64,000 bases of DNA, from assembly GCA_040218735.1 (NCBI GenBank), contig JAVJQW010000019.1, positions 224,001-288,000 of the forward strand, written 5' to 3'. The notes beneath the pieces are model-generated. The model saw nothing but the letters and a program-made list of their open reading frames with translations, had not been told where the DNA came from and made no database searches. The stretch is from Deltaproteobacteria bacterium. Lineage in GTDB: Bacteria; Myxococcota; Kuafuiibacteriia; Kuafuiibacteriales; Kuafuiibacteriaceae. This document shows positions 59,319-64,000 of this stretch, one piece after another (positions within the stretch are counted from its first letter, which is position 1; every line of letters begins with the position of its first letter). The position numbers were made by a program, and so were the translations under genes.

Positions 59319-61147
59319 CGCCGCCCCTCGTTCACATCGATGACCCCGCGCTCGATGCGGTCCGCGCTTCGGCGCAGCCGGCCTGGGCTTACGATGTCGA
59401 CCGCCAGCAGATCGCCTGGGCGAACGACGCGGGCCTCGCGCTGTGGGGGGCGTCCGACCTCGACGCGCTGTCGGCGGAGCACCTCGGCGCCTGGATGGCG
59501 CCGGAGGCCTGGCGTCAGATCCACGCCTACTTCCTCGCGGTGCGCGACGGCGCGCGGATCGAAGAGCAGCTCACGATCTATCCGCAGGGTGAGCCGGTCA
59601 CGCTCCTGTGCCGCTGCTCCGGCGTTCGGCTCGGGTGCGGGCAGATCGCCGTGCTCGTGGAGGGGCGCGTCCGCACCATAGAGACCTCGACGCTGCGCGC
59701 CGTCGAGGCGCTCAAGACGACGGAGTTCCTCGTGTCGCTGATCGACTTCGAGGGCAACGCGCTGTTCGAAAACCCCCGCGCGCTCGCGGCGCACGGATTC
59801 ACGCGGCCGAGCGCGATCACGCGCCACGCCTTCCTCACACGCTTCCAGGACGAGGAGCAGGCCAACGAGGTCTGGTCGCAGCTGCTGATCGACGAGTCGT
59901 TCGAGGGTGAGCTCGAGGTGAAGACGCGGGACGGCACGCGGTGGCACGCCATCTGTTGCGCGACGACCACCGATCCGGTGACGGGGGTTCGCGTCGTGCT
60001 CGTCGAGGAGCGCGACGTCACCGCGCGTCGCAAGCTCGACGACCGCGTGCGCGTCCACGACCGCATGGCTTCGATCGGCGGCCTCGCGGGCGGGCTCGCG
60101 CACGAGATCAACAACCCGCTCGCCTACGCGACGATGAACCTCGAGCTCCTCGAGGAGTTCGCGGCGGAGGGCTTCGAGGACGTCGACCGGGACGAGCTCG
60201 CGACGATCCTCGCCGACATCCGCGAAGGCGTCGCGCGCATCCGAAGCACCGTCGCGGACCTCGCGGAGCTCGCGCGCGTCGACACCGGCGAGGCCGTCCC
60301 GGCGGACCTCCAAGCGATCCTCGAAACCGCCATCACGATGACCGCCGCGCAGGTCAAACATCAGGCGGCCGTCGTGCGTGACTTCGGCAAGATCCCCTGG
60401 ATCCAGGCGCGTCGCGCGCGGCTGTCGGACGCCTTGCTGCACCTGCTGCTCTACGCCGCACGGCGCGTCGAGCACGATCCCGGAACGCAGCATCACATCA
60501 AGGTGACGACGCGCGCCTCCGAGGACGGCGAACGTGTCATCGTCGAGATCGCGGACACCAGCACCGCGATGCCCGGCGACCTCGACAAGCTCTTCGAGCC
60601 GTTCGTCGCCCCGATGCCGGGCGGCGGAGCGCCGGGGCATCAGCTCTCCCGCGCGCGTCACAGCGTCGCCGAGCACGGCGGCGAGATCCGCGCGCGCCCC
60701 AACGCCGACGGCGGCCTCACGTTCCACGTCGAGCTCGTCGCCGCCGACCACGAAGTGCTCGAGACCCCGGCGCAGGCGCCGCGGCAGGTTCACGGCGCAC
60801 GCCGCGTCCTGGTCGTCGACGACGAGCCGGGCATCCGTCGCGCGATCGCGCGCCTCCTCGGCGAGCATGACGTCGACACGACGTCGTCGGGTGCCGAGGC
60901 GCTGGAGCACCACGACGTCACCGCCTACGACATCATCTTCTGCGACATGATGATGCCGGTGATGGACGGCATGGCGTTCTACCAAGCGGTCGCCGAACGG
61001 TTCGCCGGACACGAGAAGAAGATCGTGTTCATCACCGCGGGCGCCTTCACGCCGCGCACGGCGTCGTTCCTCGAGCACGTCCCGAACCCGACCGTCCCCA
61101 AGCCGTTCAGCCGGGATGTCCTCCGCGGGATCGTCGAGAGCCTTTGA
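59315..61147 (+). CDS. PAS-containing hybrid histidine kinase-like protein with degenerate ATPase domain
   Basis: WANDAGLALW PAS; LAHEINNPL; receiver VVDDE...CDMMMP...KPF. Confidence 0.88.
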   Translation: MTPPLVHIDDPALDAVRASAQPAWAYDVDRQQIAWANDAGLALWGASDLDALSAEHLGAWMAPEAWRQIHAYFLAVRDGARIEEQLTIYPQGEPVTLLCRCSGVRLGCGQIAVLVEGRVRTIETSTLRAVEALKTTEFLVSLIDFEGNALFENPRALAAHGFTRPSAITRHAFLTRFQDEEQANEVWSQLLIDESFEGELEVKTRDGTRWHAICCATTTDPVTGVRVVLVEERDVTARRKLDDRVRVHDRMASIGGLAGGLAHEINNPLAYATMNLELLEEFAAEGFEDVDRDELATILADIREGVARIRSTVADLAELARVDTGEAVPADLQAILETAITMTAAQVKHQAAVVRDFGKIPWIQARRARLSDALLHLLLYAARRVEHDPGTQHHIKVTTRASEDGERVIVEIADTSTAMPGDLDKLFEPFVAPMPGGGAPGHQLSRARHSVAEHGGEIRARPNADGGLTFHVELVAADHEVLETPAQAPRQVHGARRVLVVDDEPGIRRAIARLLGEHDVDTTSSGAEALEHHDVTAYDIIFCDMMMPVMDGMAFYQAVAERFAGHEKKIVFITAGAFTPRTASFLEHVPNPTVPKPFSRDVLRGIVESL

Positions 61148-61182
61148 CCGTCGCCGATCTCCGACGGCGAGACCCGGCCCGA

Positions 61183-61536
61183 TCAAACGAACAACGCGGG
61201 CGCGAGCACCAAGCTCACCGCGACGTCGACCCACATCACGCGGCGGAGCGCCGCGGCCTCCGTCGGTGAGCTCACGAAGAGGACGACGAACGCGAGCATC
61301 GAGACGAGCCCCGCGATCCCGACGGGCCGACGCAGCGCCGGGACGAACGCGGCGGCGATCAAGAGCGCGCCGAGCAGCCCGAAGAGGACGGCGCGGTGGC
61401 GCATGAGCAGCAGCAGCTCGGGCCCGTCGATCGCGACGCCGTACAGCTGCGTGAGGCGCGCGGCGGAGAGGGCCCCGAGGCTGGGGACGAGGTGAACGAG
61501 GCCGGCCAGGAGAAAGGCGATCGTGGTCAGTCGCAC
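61183..61536 (-). CDS. small four-TM membrane protein
   Basis: GLVHLVPSLG...LYGV...LLMRHRAVLFGLLG; GTG start at 61536. Confidence 0.75.
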   Translation of the reverse strand: MRLTTIAFLLAGLVHLVPSLGALSAARLTQLYGVAIDGPELLLLMRHRAVLFGLLGALLIAAAFVPALRRPVGIAGLVSMLAFVVLFVSSPTEAAALRRVMWVDVAVSLVLAPALFV

Positions 61537-61615
61537 GTGACGATCCTCGACGACGTCGCGGTGCGGCGTCGATGACCTCGACAGGTCATGCACGCGCGCT
61601 CGATGCTCCTCGCCC

Positions 61616-62209
61616 ATGGTCGACCTCGACGTCCGCTGCGACTGCGGCACCGTCCGCGCCGTCATCCGCGACGCCACGCCCGAGAACACAAACCGCGTCG
61701 TGTGTGAGTGCGGCTGGTGCCAGCGCTACGCGCACCTGCTCGAACGCGTCGACACGATGTTGGACGAGCGCGGCGGCACCGAAGTCTTCCAGATTCGACC
61801 GTCGTCGTTGGAGCTGCTCGCCGGTCAGGATCGGCTCGAATGCATGCACCTCACCAGCGGGGGCGCGCGGCGCTGGTACGCGGGGTGTTGTCGCTCGCCG
61901 ATCGCCAACACCCTCGCCAAGCCCGGACCGCCGTTCGTCGGCGTGCTCGCGTGTTGCGTCGACTGGACGCAGGTCGCCAAGGAGGAGGCGCTCGGTCCGG
62001 TGCGGGTGCGGGTGAACGGTGTGGTCCCGCCCGCGGATCGCACCCGACTCCGCGCGCGTCGTCGCGATCAGTTCTCGATGCTCGGGCACTATGCACCGAA
62101 GTTCTTCGGGTGGTGGCTCCGCGGCGAGGGCAAACAGATCCCGTTCTTCGACGCCGCCGGACAGCCGATCGCCGAGCCGGAGCGCATCCGGACCGAGCCG
62201 GTGCGCTGA
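61616..62209 (+). CDS. DUF6151/GFA-like zinc-binding protein
   Basis: RCDCG, VCECGWCQ, GGTEVFQ, RWYAGCCRSPIANT. Confidence 0.85.
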   Translation: MVDLDVRCDCGTVRAVIRDATPENTNRVVCECGWCQRYAHLLERVDTMLDERGGTEVFQIRPSSLELLAGQDRLECMHLTSGGARRWYAGCCRSPIANTLAKPGPPFVGVLACCVDWTQVAKEEALGPVRVRVNGVVPPADRTRLRARRRDQFSMLGHYAPKFFGWWLRGEGKQIPFFDAAGQPIAEPERIRTEPVR

Positions 62210-64000
62210 TCACGGGCGACGACGACGCTTCTTGCGGTTCGAGCGCTCGTGCGGTTCGGGGAGCGTGAACTTCGCGTCTTCGGCGGTCGGGATCCACGTC
62301 GCGTAGCGGCGCTCGTCGAGCTCGATGGCGACGCGGGAGAAGGCGGCCTCGATCGGGATGGTCACGGGGAGCGGACCGACGGCCTCGTCTTCCAGGAAAC
62401 CGATGCTGCCGGGCGGCCCGGCGAGGGTGATCGTGGCTTTGGGGAGCGGCGCCCCGTCGAGCGCGACGTGGTCGCCGCCGCCGAAGCTCGGGCAGCGCAC
62501 GAGCCACGCGCCCCGTCGCTCGGTGGCGCCGCGGAGGCGAACGACGGCTGCGCCGTGCACCGCGAGGTGGTCGCCGTAGGTGAGGTCCGCGGCGACGCCT
62601 TCGTAGTTGGTCTTGGCGTCGGCGGCGAGATCGAGTCCGCACGGCTTCACGTCTTTCGGGAGGCGCTCGAGCCGCGCGCGGATGACGCCGCGGTCCGGGA
62701 GCACCAGGCGCTGCGGTTCGTGCCCGGGCGCGGTGACGAGCACGCTGGCTTCGACGCCGGTCGGGACGAGGACCCGCAGGGGGGCGCGGCCGAGGACCCG
62801 CCCGTCGCGTTCGCCCACGATGATCGCGCCCTGGGGATCCGCGTCGATCCGCACCGCGTTCTCGTGGGTGGCGACGTGCGCCGCGGGGGGCGCGTCGTCG
62901 TCGAGGAGGCCGCGAATCGTGTCTTGGTTCTGCCAGGCCCACACCGCCGCGCCGACGCTGGAGAGGATCAGGAACACGGCGAGCACGGCCCGCTTCGGGC
63001 CTTGGTTCGTCGCGATGGCGCGGAGCTCCGGGCCGAGCGTCGGTGAATGGGAGCCGTCGATCAGCGCCGGCGACTTCTGGGGTGCGTCGGCGACGGTCGG
63101 TAGCGCGAGCGTCGGGATCGCGTCCACCGCGGGGCGCTCGACGGGCGGGACGGTCGGCCACGCGTCGGTCGGGAGGGTGTCGGGCTCCGCCGAGACCGGG
63201 GGGCGTTGGGTTCGCAGGGCGTCGACGTCGGGTGCGGTGCGCGCGGCGTCGGCCGTCGGCTCCGCATCGAGGTGCGGCGGCTCGGTGCGTTCTTCGTCGA
63301 GGGTCTCCGTGTCGCCGATGTCGTCGGGCTCGGTCGTGACGTCGAGGTGTGTCGGGTGGGACTGCGCGACCTCCCACTCGCCCGCGGGTCGGGTGGGGGC
63401 CTCCTGCTCGCTCATCCGATTCCCGACGATGATCGGCACAGGCTCGACGAGGACGCTGTCGAGGCTGTCGTTGCGGCGGTCGCGACGCGGGGCGATGGGG
63501 GCAGGCTCGACGTCGAAGTCCACGGGCGTGCCGACGTCCGGGTCCTTGGCGGTGGCCTCGAGGAGCTGGTCGAAGTCGGCGCGGATGAGGTGCGGCCACT
63601 CGGACCGCGGCTGCCGGTGACACGCGCGCGCGAGGTCGGTGAGGCCCATGTAGCGGAAAGACGGGCCGCCGGCGCTGCCGATCTGCACGACGCCCGTGCC
63701 GAACGTGTGTTGGAGCTCGCGCCGCTCGAGGTCCGCGGCGACGGCGGCGAGGAACGCACCGAACTCGTCGGACGAGAAGAAGAACGCCCACGGTGGGCCC
63801 GCGTCGAGCGTGGGTTCGTCGTCGATCTCCGGGAGGTCTTGCGACGCGGAGGGGGTCTGAATCGTGCCGCCGGGCGGGAGCACCATCGGGACGGGGCCGC
63901 CGGTGTCGAGGCGGGTCATCTGGGGCACGGTGCTGGCGGCGTTCTTCGACGTGAGCGGGGGATCGTGGGGCGCGAGCTCGGCGTGGATCGCTTCGAGCTC
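62210..64000 (-). CDS. 5'-truncated membrane protein with PEGA-like C-terminus (possibly the C-terminal part of a Ser/Thr kinase)
   Basis: Frame stays open to the window edge (ELEAIHAELAPHD...); TM VLAVFLILSSVGAAVWAW; IDADPQGA...LGRAP. Confidence 0.7.
   Translation of the reverse strand, partial: ELEAIHAELAPHDPPLTSKNAASTVPQMTRLDTGGPVPMVLPPGGTIQTPSASQDLPEIDDEPTLDAGPPWAFFFSSDEFGAFLAAVAADLERRELQHTFGTGVVQIGSAGGPSFRYMGLTDLARACHRQPRSEWPHLIRADFDQLLEATAKDPDVGTPVDFDVEPAPIAPRRDRRNDSLDSVLVEPVPIIVGNRMSEQEAPTRPAGEWEVAQSHPTHLDVTTEPDDIGDTETLDEERTEPPHLDAEPTADAARTAPDVDALRTQRPPVSAEPDTLPTDAWPTVPPVERPAVDAIPTLALPTVADAPQKSPALIDGSHSPTLGPELRAIATNQGPKRAVLAVFLILSSVGAAVWAWQNQDTIRGLLDDDAPPAAHVATHENAVRIDADPQGAIIVGERDGRVLGRAPLRVLVPTGVEASVLVTAPGHEPQRLVLPDRGVIRARLERLPKDVKPCGLDLAADAKTNYEGVAADLTYGDHLAVHGAAVVRLRGATERRGAWLVRCPSFGGGDHVALDGAPLPKATITLAGPPGSIGFLEDEAVGPLPVTIPIEAAFSRVAIELDERRYATWIPTAEDAKFTLPEPHERSNRKKRRRRP

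Overview
High-GC window, most consistent with a Myxococcota/deltaproteobacterial chromosome, spanning the replication origin. It holds jag-yidC-yidD-rnpA-rpmH divergent from dnaA-[oriC]-dnaN-recF, preceded by about 3.4 kb of apparently non-coding DNA with three parS sites. The rest mixes housekeeping genes (type 2 IPP isomerase, infA, rsmA, tsaD, hemE, FAD-dependent protoporphyrinogen oxidase, acyltransferase, aminotransferase) with signalling genes (histidine kinases, two sigma-54 activators, PilZ proteins, Ser/Thr kinases) and many secreted or lipoprotein hypotheticals. No rRNA, tRNA, CRISPR array or prophage was seen. The best leads are: (1) an HTH plus coiled-coil gene next to the parS cluster, a possible origin-anchoring factor; (2) two unannotated structured repeat families that sit directly after stop codons; (3) an Rpn gene with an internal RBS and start codon; (4) a collagen/tail-fibre-like lipoprotein; (5) a divergent heme-c/copper redox lipoprotein pair. 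All calls were made by eye from motifs. No database searches were run, and I cannot confirm that any of these is truly undescribed.
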